Shown piece after piece: positions 1 to 11,760 of a DNA stretch of 64,000 nucleotides. The position numbers were made by a program, and so were the translations under genes. Under the pieces are notes generated by a model. The model worked only from the letters and a program-made list of their open reading frames with translations. It was not told where the DNA came from and ran no database searches. This DNA comes from Nemertoderma westbladi (Eukaryota; Animalia; Xenacoelomorpha). Position 1 is the first letter of the stretch. Every line of letters begins with the position of its first letter. The stretch lies in assembly GCA_032718475.1 (NCBI GenBank), contig JAUCBJ010006317.1, forward strand, positions 928-64,927. The letters are read 5' to 3'.

Positions 1-3000
1 GGTGAGTGGGACTGGTATAAACAAATAGCCGAGGTAGGTGAGGGGGACTGGTGTAAACAGGTAGGTGAGTGGGACTGGTGTAAACAAATAGCCGAGGTAG
101 GTGAGTGGGACTGGTGTAAACAAATAGCCGAGGTAGGTGAGTGGGACTGGTGTAAACAAATAGCCGAGGTAGGTGAGTGGGACTGGTATAAACAGGTAGG
201 TGAGTGGGACTGGTGTAAACAAATAGCTGAGGTAGGTGAGTGGGACTGGTGTAAACAAATAGCCGAGGTAGGTGAGTGGGACTGGGGTAAACAGGTAGGT
301 GAGTGGGACTGGTGTAAACAAATAGCTGAGGTAAGTGAGTGGGACTGGTGTAAACAGGTAGGTGAGTGGGACTGGTGTAAACAAATAGCTGAGGTAGGTG
401 AGTGGGACTGGTGTAAACAAATAGCTGAGGTAGGTGAGTGGGACTGGTGTAAACAAATAGCTGAGGTAGGTGAGTGGGACTGGTGTAAACAAATAGCTGA
501 GGTAGGTGAGTGGGACTGGTGTAAACAAATAGCCGAGGTAGGTGAGTGGGACTGGTGTAAACAAATAGCCGAGGTAGGTGAGTGGGACTGGTGTAAACAA
601 ATAGCCGAGGTAGGTGAGTGGGACTGGTGTAAACAAATAGCTGAGGTAGGTGAGTGGGACTGGTGTAAACAAATAGCTGAGGTAGGTGAGTGGGAGTGGT
701 GTAAACAAATAGCTGAGGTAGGTGAGTGGGACTGGTGTAAACAAATAGCTGAGGTAGGTGAGTGGGACTGGTGTAAACAAATAGCTGAGGTAGGTGAGTG
801 GGACTGGTGTAAACAAATAGCTGAGGTAGGTGAGTGGGACTGGTGTAAACAAATAGCCGAGGTAGGTGAGTGGGACTGGTGTAAACAAATAGCTGAGGTA
901 GGTGAGTGGGACTGGTGTAAACAAATAGCCGAGGTAGGTGAGTGGGACTGGTGTAAACAAATAGCTGAGGTAGGTGAGTGGGACTGGTGTAAACAAATAG
1001 CCGAGGTAGGTGAGTGGGACTGGTGTAAACAAATAGCCGAGGTAGGTGAGTGGGACTGGTGTAAACAAATAGCTGAGGTAGGTGAGTGGGGCTGGTATAA
1101 ACAAATAGCCGAGGTAGGTGAGTGGGACTGGTGTAAACAGGTAGGTGAGTGGGACTGGTGTAAACAAATAGCCGAGGTAGGTGAGTGGGACTGGTGTAAA
1201 CAAATAGCCGAGGTAGGTGAGTGGGACTGGTATAAACAAATAGCCGAGGTAGGTGAGTGGGACTGGTGTAAACAAATAGCTGAGGTAGGTGAGTGGGACT
1301 GGTGTAAACAAATAGCTGAGGTAGGTGAGTGGGACTGGTGTAAACAGGCAGGTGAGTGGGACTGGTGTAAACAAATAGCCGAGGTAGGTGAGTGGGACTG
1401 GTGTAAACAAATAGACGAGGTAGGTGAGTGGGACTGGTGTAAACAAATAGCCGAGGTAGGTGAGTGGGACTGGTGTAAACAGGTAGGTGAGTGGGACTGG
1501 TGTAAACAAATAGCCGAGGTAGGTGAGTGGGACTGGTGTAAACAAATAGACGAGGTAGGTGAGTGGGACTGGTGTAAACAAATAGCCGAGGTAGGTGAGT
1601 GGGACTGGTGTAAACAAATAGCTGAGGTAGGTGAGTGGGACTGGTGTAAACAAATAGCCAAGGTAGGTGAGTGGGACTGGGGTAAACAGGTAGGTGAGTG
1701 GGACTGGTGTAAACAAATAGCTGAGGTAGGTGAGTGGGACTGGTGTAAACAGGTAGGTGAGTGGGACTGGTGTAAACAAATAGCTGAGGTAGGTGAGTGG
1801 GAGTGGTGTAAACAAATAGCTGAGGTAGGTGAGTGGGACTGGTGTAAACAAATAGCCGAGGTAGGTGAGTGGGACTGGTGTAAACAAATAGCTGAGGTAG
1901 GTGAGTGGGACTGGTGTAAACAAATAGCCGAGGTAGGTGAGTGGGACTGGTGTAAACAAATAGCTGAGGTAGGTGAGTGGGACTGGTGTAAACAGGTAGG
2001 TGAGTGGGACTGGTGTAAACAGGTAGGTGAGTGGGACTGGTGTAAACAGGTAGGTGAGTGGGACTGGTGTAAACAAATAGCTGAGGTAGGTGAGTGGGAC
2101 TGGTGTAAACAAATAGCTGAGGTAGGTGAGTGGGACTGGTGTAAACAAATAGCTGAGGTAGGTGAGTGGGACTGGTGTAAACAAATAGCCGAGGTAGGTG
2201 AGTGGGACTGGTATAAACAAATAGCCGAGGTAGGTGAGTGGGACTGGTGTAAACAAATAGCCGAGGTAGGTGAGTGGGACTGGTGTAAACAAATAGCTGA
2301 GGTAGGTGAGTGGGACTGGTGTAAACAAATAGCTGAGGTAGGTGAGTGGGACTGGTATAAACAAATAGCCGAGGTAGGTGAGTGGGACTGGTGTAAACAA
2401 ATGGCTGAGGTAGGTGAGTGGGACTGGTGTAAACAAATAGCTGAGGTAGGTGAGTGGGACTGGTGTAAACAAATAGCTGAGGTAGGTGAGTGGGACTGGT
2501 GTAAACAAATAGCTGAGGTAGGTGAGTGGGACTGGTGTAAACAAATAGCTGAGGTAGGTGAGTGGGACTGGTGTAAACAAATAGCTGAGGTAGGTGAGTG
2601 GGACTGGTGTAAACAAATAGCCGAGGTAGGTGAGTGGGACTGGTGTAAACAAATAGCTGAGGTAGGTGAGTGGGACTGGTGTAAACAAATAGCCGAGGTA
2701 GGTGAGTGGGACTGGTGTAAACAAATAGCCGAGGTAGGTGAGTGGGACTGGTGTAAACAAATAGCTGAGGTAGGTGAGTGTGACTGGTGTAAACAAATAG
2801 CTGAGGTAGGTGAGTGGGACTGGTGTAAACAAATAGCTGAGGTAGGTGAGTGGGACTGGTGTAAACAAATAGCTGGGGTAGGTGAGTGGGACTGGTGTAA
2901 ACAGGTAGGTGAGTGGGACTGGTGTAAACAAATAGCCGAGGTAGGTGAGTGGGACTGGTGTAAACAAATAGCCGAGGTAGGTGAGTGGGACTGGTGTAAA

Positions 3001-6000
3001 CAAATCGCCGAGGTAGGTGAGTGGGACTGCTGTAAACAAATAGCTGAGGTAGGTGGGTGGGACTGGTGTAAACAGGTTGGTGAGTGGGACTGGTGTAAAC
3101 AAATAGCTGAGGTAGGTGAGTGGGAGTGGTGTAAACAAATAGCTGAGGTGGGTGAGTGGGACTGGTGTAAACAAATAGCTGAGGTAGGTGAGTGGGACTG
3201 GTGTAAACAAATAGCTGAGGTAGGTGAGTGGGACTGGTGTAAACAAATAGCCGAGGTAGGTGAGTGGGACTGGTGTAAACAAATAGCCGAGGTAGGTGAG
3301 TGGGACTGGTGTAAACAAATAGCCGAGGTAGGTGAGTGGGACTGGTGTAAACAAATAGCTGAGGTAGGTGAGTGGGACTGGTGTAAACAAATAGCTGAGG
3401 TAGGTGAGTGGGAGTGGTGTAAACAAATAGCTGAGGTAGGTGAGTGGGACTGGTGTAAACAAATAGCTGAGGTAGGTGAGTGGGACTGGTGTAAACAAAT
3501 AGCCGAGGTAGGTGAGTGGGACTGGTGTAAACAAATAGCTGAGGTAGGTGAGTGGGACTGGTGTAAACAAATAGCTGAGGTATGTGAGTGGGACTGGTGT
3601 AAACAAATAGCTGAGGTAGGTGAGTGGGACTGGTGTAAACAAATAGCTGAGGTAGGTGAGTGGGACTGGTGTAAACAAATAGCCGAGGTAGGTGAGTGGG
3701 ACTGGTGTAAACAAATAGCTGAGGTAGGTGAGTGGGACTGGTGTAAACAAATAGCTGAGGTAGGTGAGTGGGACTGGTATAAACAAATAGCCGAGGTAGG
3801 TGAGTGGGACTGGTGTAAACAGGTAGGTGAGTGGGACTGGTGTAAACAAATAGCCGAGGTAGGTGAGTGGGACTGGTGTAAACAAATAGTTGAGGTAGGT
3901 GAGTGGGACTGGTGTAAACAAATAGCTGAGGTAGGTGAGTGGGACTGGTATAAACAAATAGCCGAGGTAGGTGAGTGGGACTGGTGTAAACAAATAGCCG
4001 AGGTAGGTGAGTGGGACTGGTGTAAACAAATAGCCGAGGTAGGTGAGTGGGACTGGTATAAACAAATAGCCGAGGTAGGTGAGTGGGACTGGTGTAAACA
4101 GGTAGGTGAGTGGGACTGGTGTAAACAAATAGCCGAGGTAGGTGAGTGGGACTGGTGTAAACAAATAGTTGAGGTAGGTGAGTGGGAGTGGTGTAAACAA
4201 ATAGCTGAGGTAGGTGAGTGGGACTGGTGTAAACAAATAGCTGAGGTAGGTGAGTGGGACTGGTGTAAACAAATAGCTGAGGTAGGTGAGTGGGACTGGT
4301 ATAAACAAATAGCTGAGGTAGGTGAGTGGGACTGGTGTAAACAAATAGCTGAGGTAGGTGAGTGGGACTGGTATAAACAAATAGCCGAGGTAGGTGGGTG
4401 GGACTGGTGTAAACAGGTAGGTGAGTGGGACTGGTGTAAACAAATAGCCAAGGTAGGTGAGTGGGACTGGTGTAAACAAATAGCCGAGGTAGGTGAGTGG
4501 GACTGGTATAAACAAATAGCCGAGGTAGGTGAGGGGGACTGGTGTAAACAGGTAGGTGAGTGGGACTGGTGTAAACAAATAGCCGAGGTAGGTGAGTGGG
4601 ACTGGTGTAAACAAATAGCCGAGGTAGGTGAGTGGGACTGGTGTAAACAAATAGCCGAGGTAGGTGAGTGGGACTGGTATAAACAGGTAGGTGAGTGGGA
4701 CTGGTGTAAACAAATAGCTGAGGTAGGTGAGTGGGACTGGTGTAAACAAATAGCCGAGGTAGGTGAGTGGGACTGGGGTAAACAGGTAGGTGAGTGGGAC
4801 TGGTGTAAACAAATAGCTGAGGTAAGTGAGTGGGACTGGTGTAAACAGGTAGGTGAGTGGGACTGGTGTAAACAAATAGCTGAGGTAGGTGAGTGGGACT
4901 GGTGTAAACAAATAGCTGAGGTAGGTGAGTGGGACTGGTGTAAACAAATAGCTGAGGTAGGTGAGTGGGACTGGTGTAAACAAATAGCTGAGGTAGGTGA
5001 GTGGGACTGGTGTAAACAAATAGCCGAGGTAGGTGAGTGGGACTGGTGTAAACAAATAGCCGAGGTAGGTGAGTGGGACTGGTGTAAACAAATAGCCGAG
5101 GTAGGTGAGTGGGACTGGTGTAAACAAATAGCTGAGGTAGGTGAGTGGGACTGGTGTAAACAAATAGCTGAGGTAGGTGAGTGGGAGTGGTGTAAACAAA
5201 TAGCTGAGGTAGGTGAGTGGGACTGGTGTAAACAAATAGCTGAGGTAGGTGAGTGGGACTGGTGTAAACAAATAGCTGAGGTAGGTGAGTGGGACTGGTG
5301 TAAACAAATAGCTGAGGTAGGTGAGTGGGACTGGTGTAAACAAATAGCCGAGGTAGGTGAGTGGGACTGGTGTAAACAAATAGCTGAGGTAGGTGAGTGG
5401 GACTGGTGTAAACAAATAGCCGAGGTAGGTGAGTGGGACTGGTGTAAACAAATAGCTGAGGTAGGTGAGTGGGACTGGTGTAAACAAATAGCCGAGGTAG
5501 GTGAGTGGGACTGGTGTAAACAAATAGCCGAGGTAGGTGAGTGGGACTGGTGTAAACAAATAGCTGAGGTAGGTGAGTGGGGCTGGTATAAACAAATAGC
5601 CGAGGTAGGTGAGTGGGACTGGTGTAAACAGGTAGGTGAGTGGGACTGGTGTAAACAAATAGCCGAGGTAGGTGAGTGGGACTGGTGTAAACAAATAGCC
5701 GAGGTAGGTGAGTGGGACTGGTATAAACAAATAGCCGAGGTAGGTGAGTGGGACTGGTGTAAACAAATAGCTGAGGTAGGTGAGTGGGACTGGTGTAAAC
5801 AAATAGCTGAGGTAGGTGAGTGGGACTGGTGTAAACAGGCAGGTGAGTGGGACTGGTGTAAACAAATAGCCGAGGTAGGTGAGTGGGACTGGTGTAAACA
5901 AATAGACGAGGTAGGTGAGTGGGACTGGTGTAAACAAATAGCCGAGGTAGGTGAGTGGGACTGGTGTAAACAGGTAGGTGAGTGGGACTGGTGTAAACAA

Positions 6001-6703
6001 ATAGCCGAGGTAGGTGAGTGGGACTGGTGTAAACAAATAGACGAGGTAGGTGAGTGGGACTGGTGTAAACAAATAGCCGAGGTAGGTGAGTGGGACTGGT
6101 GTAAACAAATAGCTGAGGTAGGTGAGTGGGACTGGTGTAAACAAATAGCCAAGGTAGGTGAGTGGGACTGGGGTAAACAGGTAGGTGAGTGGGACTGGTG
6201 TAAACAAATAGCTGAGGTAGGTGAGTGGGACTGGTGTAAACAGGTAGGTGAGTGGGACTGGTGTAAACAAATAGCTGAGGTAGGTGAGTGGGAGTGGTGT
6301 AAACAAATAGCTGAGGTAGGTGAGTGGGACTGGTGTAAACAAATAGCCGAGGTAGGTGAGTGGGACTGGTGTAAACAAATAGCTGAGGTAGGTGAGTGGG
6401 ACTGGTGTAAACAAATAGCCGAGGTAGGTGAGTGGGACTGGTGTAAACAAATAGCTGAGGTAGGTGAGTGGGACTGGTGTAAACAGGTAGGTGAGTGGGA
6501 CTGGCGTAAACAGGTAGGTGAGTGGGACTGGTGTAAACAGGTAGGTGAGTGGGACTGGTGTAAACAAATAGCTGAGGTAGGTGAGTGGGACTGGTGTAAA
6601 CAAATAGCTGAGGTAGGTGAGTGGGACTGGTGTAAACAAATAGCTGAGGTAGGTGAGTGGGACTGGTGTAAACAAATAGCCGAGGTAGGTGAGTGGGACT
6701 GGT
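1..6703 (+). repeat. Higher-order duplication: 1-~2212 recurs at 4492-~6703 (offset 4491 bp)
   Basis: Rare variants recur at a fixed 4491 offset: GAGGGGGAC (~40/~4531), GGGGCTGGTAT (~1088/~5579), AACAGGCAGG (~1343/~5834), ATAGACGAG, GCCAAG. One difference noticed (C at 6505). Confidence 0.9.
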
Positions 6704-6800
6704 GTAAACAAATAGCTGAGGTAGGTGAGTGGGACTGGTGTAAACAAATAGCTGAGGTAGGTGAGTGGGACTGGTGTAAACAAATAGCTGAGGTAGGTGA
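1..6800 (+). repeat. 36-bp tandem satellite array, left segment (36-mers mixed with 27-bp deletion monomers); continues beyond the window start
   Basis: Head-to-tail copies of GAGGTAGGTGAGTGGGACTGGTGTAAACAAATAGCY read directly. The 27-mers lack AATAGCYGA (…AAACAGGTAGG…). The array stops at …GAGGTAGGTGA (6800). Confidence 0.99.
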
Positions 6801-6821
6801 TTGATTGATTGATTGTTTATT
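6798..6821 (-). other. LINE 3' terminus: AATAAA signal followed by a tetranucleotide (ATCA)4 tail
   Basis: The + strand reads TGATTGATTGATTGATTGTTTATT (6798-6821), which is AATAAACAATCAATCAATCAATCA on the minus strand. Confidence 0.85.
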
Positions 6822-6988
6822 GTCTACACTTCTCTATACAGTTCAATACTTGCACAATAATTAACAGTATACATGATTGAAGCGGTAGTGCCGACCATAA
6901 TATAAAGAGATTTACCAGAAAAAATTAAATATTTAAATTCCGAACAGAAATAGCACAATAAAAGTACCTACTTACGTACGAGTACATC

Positions 6989-7088
6989 TCTAATTAACTG
7001 TCAAGTCGTGCGATGCTGGGTCTAATATAATTAAATGAATAAATATGTTATATCTAAATAATTGTCAAGCCGTGTGATACTGGGTCTA
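6989..7088. repeat. Imperfect direct repeat in the element's 3' UTR (two 36-bp copies, 64-bp offset)
   Basis: 6989-7024 TCTAATTAACTGTCAAGTCGTGCGATGCTGGGTCTA vs 7053-7088 TCTAAATAATTGTCAAGCCGTGTGATACTGGGTCTA; 31/36 identical by manual alignment. Confidence 0.85.
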
Positions 7089-7299
7089 GTCTATTGTAAT
7101 AAAAAGTTATAGTTAAAATAAATAAATAATATATGTAAATGAAGAACAGTGCTTGTTTCACAATTTATCATGTTCCACTTAATTTAAATAATTATGGTCA
7201 GTAGGTTCATAAAATATATAAATGAAAATTACATTATACTAAATATTCGAATCGCGTTCCTTCCAATAAATAATTCGCTATTTGTTACTTAGTCACTTA

Positions 7300-8037
7300 T
7301 TAATAATCGTGGGTCATACTTTCGATCATTTTAGCTACCTGCACTTGATTACCTAAACCAAATAAACTTGTTAAATCAGACCAGCTTCCATTGACATGTC
7401 TCCTGGATCGCTCAGTAAATGGGCAAACGGTAACAATATGTTGTTCCGTCTGGATAGCTCCACATACACAGAAGCGCTCAGTATCTCGTACCCTGGCCCA
7501 CCTCATTCGTTCTACGGGGAAGCTGTGGCTACCCAGCCTAAATCTTGACCACGCTAGACGGTACCGCTCCGGAACTTTGCAGTCTTTGTACAATTGCGGC
7601 GAAGTTAACAACGGATTCACTAACTTATACAGATGACGTTTTGTTGTTACAGACTTAGACACGTCATTTTTCAGCTTATCGTTCTGGATTTTACTGTAAT
7701 CCGACGGGAGGTTCTTTACTCGATCCACCTCGATAAACGTCGGTGAGCTGTTATCCCGGCCGATTTCCAAGGCCATCTGCAATGGAGAGTCGGCGACTGG
7801 AATAAAACTATTCAGATATTTCCGCTGTTTATCACGGATTAAGGTTTCGAACTCTGGGAGTCCCAATTCGATAAGGCAGATGTCGCCGCACGTGGTAGGT
7901 CGAACACCCAATAGTAGCCTTACCATAGACATATACAATTTAGACATAGGGGCCAATGAACCCCCGTACCAGGTTTCACAACCGTAAGTTATAGCAGAGA
8001 TCACTGCGGCGTCAAAAACTTTCCTTTTGTGGTGGTG
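7300..8037 (-). pseudogene. C-terminal ~245 aa fragment of a LINE ORF2 polyprotein (post-RT thumb region plus CCHC zinc knuckle); no start, RT core or endonuclease
   Basis: Translation KRKVFDAAVISAITYGCETW…LLLGVRPTT…ELG…RLAWSRFRLGSHSFPVERMRW…ERFCVCGAIQTEQHIVTVCP…HDY*. YGCETW follows RT domain 7 in RTE-group LINEs. C-x-C-x7-H-x4-C is the typical non-LTR C-terminal zinc knuckle. No internal stops; tandem TAA TAA at 7302-7297. Confidence 0.85.
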
Positions 8038-8879
8038 AGTGAGTGGGACTGGTGTAAACAAATAGCTGAGGTAGGTGAGTGGGACTGGTGTAAACAAATA
8101 GCTGAGGTAGGTGAGTGGGACTGGTATAAACAAATAGCCGAGGTAGGTGAGGGGGACTGGTGTAAACAGGTAGGTGAGTGGGACTGGTGTAAACAAATAG
8201 CCGAGGTAGGTGAGTGGGACTGGTGTAAACAAATAGCCGAGGTAGGTGAGTGGGACTGGTGTAAACAAATAGCTGAGGTAGGTGAGTGGGACTGGTGTAA
8301 ACAAATAGCTGAGGTAGGTGAGTGGGACTGGTGTAAACAAATAGCTGAGGTAGGTGAGTGGGACTGGTGTAAACAAATAGCTGAGGTAGGTGAGTGGGAG
8401 TGGTGTAAACAAATAGCCGAGGTAGGTGAGTGGGACTGGTGTAAACAAATAGCCGAGGTAGGTGAGTGGGACTGGTGTAAACAAATAGCCGAGGTAGGTG
8501 AGTGGGACTGGTGTAAACAGGTAGGTGAGTGGGACTGGTGTAAACAAATAGCTGAGGTAGGTGAGTGGGACTGGTGTAAACAAATAGCCGAGGTAGGTGA
8601 GTGGGACTGGGGTAAACAGGTAGGTGAGTGGGACTGGTGTAAACAAATAGCTGAGGTAGGTGAGTGGGACTGGTGTAAACAAATAGCTGAGGTAGGTGAG
8701 TGGGAGTGGTGTAAACAAATAGCTGAGGTAGGTGAGTGGGACTGGTGTAAACAAATAGCCGTGGTAGGTGAGTGGGACTGGTGTAAACAAATAGCTGAGG
8801 TAGGTGAGTGGGACTGGTGTAAACAGGTAGGTGAGTGGGACTGGTGTAAACAAATAGCTGAGGTAGGTGAGTGGGACTG

Positions 8880-11760
8880 GTGTAAACAAATAGCTGAGGT
8901 AGGTGAGTGGGACTATGGTGTAAACAAATAGCCGAGGTAGGTGAGTGGGACTGGTGTAAACAAATAGCTGAGGTAGGTGAGTGGGACTGGTGTAAACAAA
9001 TAGCCGATGTAGGTGAGTGGGACTGGTGTAAACAAATAGCTGAGGTAGGTGAGTGGGAGTGGTGTAAACAAATAGCCGAGGTAGGTGAGTGGGACTGGTG
9101 TAAACAAATAGCTGAGGTAGGTGAGTGGGACTGGTGTAAACAAATAGCCGAGGTAGGTGAGTGGGACTGGTGTAAACAGGTAGGTGGGTGGGACTGGTGT
9201 AAACAGGTAGGTGAGTGGGACTGGTGTAAACAAATAGCTGAGGTAGGTGAATGGGACTGGTGTAAACAAATAGCCGAGGTAGGTGAGTGGGACTGGTGTA
9301 AACAAATAGCTGAGGTAGGTGTGTGGGACTGGTGTAAACAAATAGCTGATGTAGATGAGTGGGAGTGGTGTAAACAAATAGCTGAGGTAGGTGAGTGGGA
9401 CTGGTGTAAACAAATAGCTGAGGTAGGTGAGTGGGACTGGTGTAAACAAATAGCTGAGGTAGGTGAGTGGGACTGGTGTAAACAAATAGCCGAGGTAGGT
9501 GAGTGGGACTGGTGTAAACAAATAGCTGAGGTAAGTGAGTGGGACTGGTGTAAACAAATAGCTGAGGTAGGTGAGTGGGACTGGTGTAAACAAATAGCTG
9601 ATGTAGATGAGTGGGAGTGGTGTAAACAAATAGCTGAGGTAGGTGAGTGGGACTGGTGTAAACAAATAGCTGAGGTAGGTGAGTGGGACTGGTGTAAACA
9701 AATAGCTGAGGTAGGTGAGTGGGACTGGTGTAAACAAATAGCTGAGGTAGGTGAGTGGGACTGGTGTAAACAAATAGCTGAGGTAGGTGAGTGGGACTGG
9801 TGTAAACAAATAGCCGAGGTAGGTGAGTGGGACTGGTGTAAACAAATAGCCGAGGTAAGTGAGTGGGACTGGTGTAAACAAATAGCTGATGTAGGTGAGT
9901 GGGACTGGTGTAAACAAATAGCTGAGGTAGGTGAGTGGGAGTGGTGTAAACAAATAGCTGATGTAGGTGAGTGGGACTGGTGTAAACAAATAGCTGAGGT
10001 AGGTGAGTGGGACTGGTGTAAACAAATAGCTGCTAAGGTAGGTGAGTGGGACTGGTGTAAACAAATAGCTGAGGTAGGTGAGTGGGACTGGTGTAAACAA
10101 ATAGCCGAGGTAGGTGAGTGGGACTGGTGTAAACAAATAGCTGATGTAGGTGAGTGGGACTGGTGTAAACAAATAGCCGAGGTAGGTGAGGGGGACTGGT
10201 GTAAACAGGTAGGTGAGTGGGACTGGTGTAAACAAATAGCCGAGGTAGGTGAGTGGGACTGGTGTAAAGAAATAGCCGAGGTAGGTGAGTGGGACTGGTG
10301 TAAACAAATAGCCGAGGTAGGTGAGTGGGACTGGTGTAAACAGGTAGGTGAGTGGGACTGGTGTAAACAAATAGCTGAGGTAGGTGAGTGGGACTGGTGT
10401 AAACAAATAGCCGAGGTAGGTGAGTGGGACTGGGGTAAACAGGTAGGTGAGTGGGACTGGTGTAAACAAATAGCTGAGGTAGGTGAGTGGGACTGGTGTA
10501 AACAGGTAGGTGAGTGGGACTGGTGTAAACAAATAGCTGAGGTAGGTGAGTGGGAGTGGTGTAAACAAATAGCTGAGGTAGGTGAGTGGGACTGGTGTAA
10601 ACAAATAGCCGAGGTAGGTGAGTGGGACTGGTGTAAACAAATAGCCGAGGTAGGTGAGTGGAGCTGGTGTAAACAAATAGCCGAGGTAGGTGAGTGGGAC
10701 TGGTGTAAACAGGTAGGTGAGTGGGACGGGTGTAAACAAATAGCTGAGGTAGGTGAGTGGGACTGGTGTAAACAAATAGCTGAGGTAGGTGAGTGGGACT
10801 ATGGTGTAAACAAATAGCCGAGGTAGGTGAGTGGGACTGGTGTAAACAAATAGCTGAGGTAGGTGAGTGGGACTGGTGTAAACAAATAGCCGATGTAGGT
10901 GAGTGGGACTGGTGTAAACAAATAGCTGAGGTAGGTGAGTGGGACTGGTGTAAACAAATAGCCGAGGTAGGTGAGTGGGACTGGTGTAAACAGGTAGGTG
11001 AGTGGGACTGGTGTAAACAGGTAGGTGAGTGGGACTGGTGTAAACAGGTAGGTGAGTGGGACTGGTGTAAACAAATAGCTGAGGTAGGTGAATGGGACTG
11101 GTGTAAACAAATAGCCGAGGTAGGTGAGTGGGACTGGTGTAAACAAATAGCTGAGGTAGGTGTGTGGGACTGGTGTAAACAAATAGCTGATGTAGATGAG
11201 TGGGAGTGGTGTAAACAAATAGCAGAGGTAGGTGAGGGGGACTGGTGTAAACAAATAGCTGAGGTAGGTGAGTGGGACTGGTGTAAACAAATAGCTGAGG
11301 TAGGTGAGTGGGACTGGTGTAAACAAATAGCCGAGGTAGGTGAGTGGGACTGGTGTAAACAAATAGCTGAGGTAGGTGAGTGGGACTGGTGTAAACAAAT
11401 AGCTGAGGTAGGTGAGTGGGACTGGTGTAAACAAATAGCTGAGGTAGGTGAGTGGGACTGGTGTAAACAAATAGCTGAGGTAGGTGAGTGGGACTGGTGT
11501 AAACAAATAGCTGAGGTAGGTGAGTGGGACTGGTGTAAACAAATAGCCGAGGTAGGTGAGTGGGACTGGTGTAAACAAATAGCCGAGGTAAGTGAGTGGG
11601 ACTGGTGTAAACAAATAGCTGAGGTAGGTGAGTGGGACTGGTGTAAACAAATAGCTGATGTAGGTGAGTGGGACTGGTGTAAACAAATAGCTGAGGTAGG
11701 TGAGTGGGAGTGGTGTAAACAAATAGCTGATGTAGGTGAGTGGGACTGGTGTAAACAAAT
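8880..11760 (+). repeat. Imperfect higher-order duplication, offset ~1886 bp
   Basis: The +2 variant GACTATGG occurs at ~8911 and ~10797. Both are followed by GCCGATG, GAATGGG and GATGTAGATGAG variants in the same order. Confidence 0.8.

Larger units (their letters stand above)
6801..8038 (-). mobile_element. 5'-truncated non-LTR retrotransposon (LINE), RTEX/RTE-group-like, inserted into a satellite monomer
   Basis: Only non-repetitive block in the window. The minus strand reads: ORF2 C-terminal fragment, stop at 7300-7302, ~480 bp AT-rich 3' UTR, AATAAA (6816-6821), (ATCA)n tail (6798-6815). The satellite resumes in register (GTGA-GTGGGAC) at 8039. Clade assignment is from recalled motif patterns, not a database search. 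Confidence 0.9.

Noticed and set aside
6837-7001. TACAGTT (6837) and TAACTGT (6995) in the LINE UTR as donors of the satellite's +9/+6 inserts
   Set aside because: Only 7-bp matches within 1.2 kb of AT-rich sequence, which is compatible with chance.
7391-7636. 81-aa + strand ORF inside the insert
   Set aside because: Antisense shadow of the LINE ORF2 fragment with a TTG start and no recognisable motif.
6801-8038. DNA transposon/MITE, LTR element or R2-type restriction-like endonuclease element
   Set aside because: No terminal inverted repeats or LTRs seen. The ORF ends about 40 aa after the CCHC knuckle with no PD-(D/E)xK endonuclease region.
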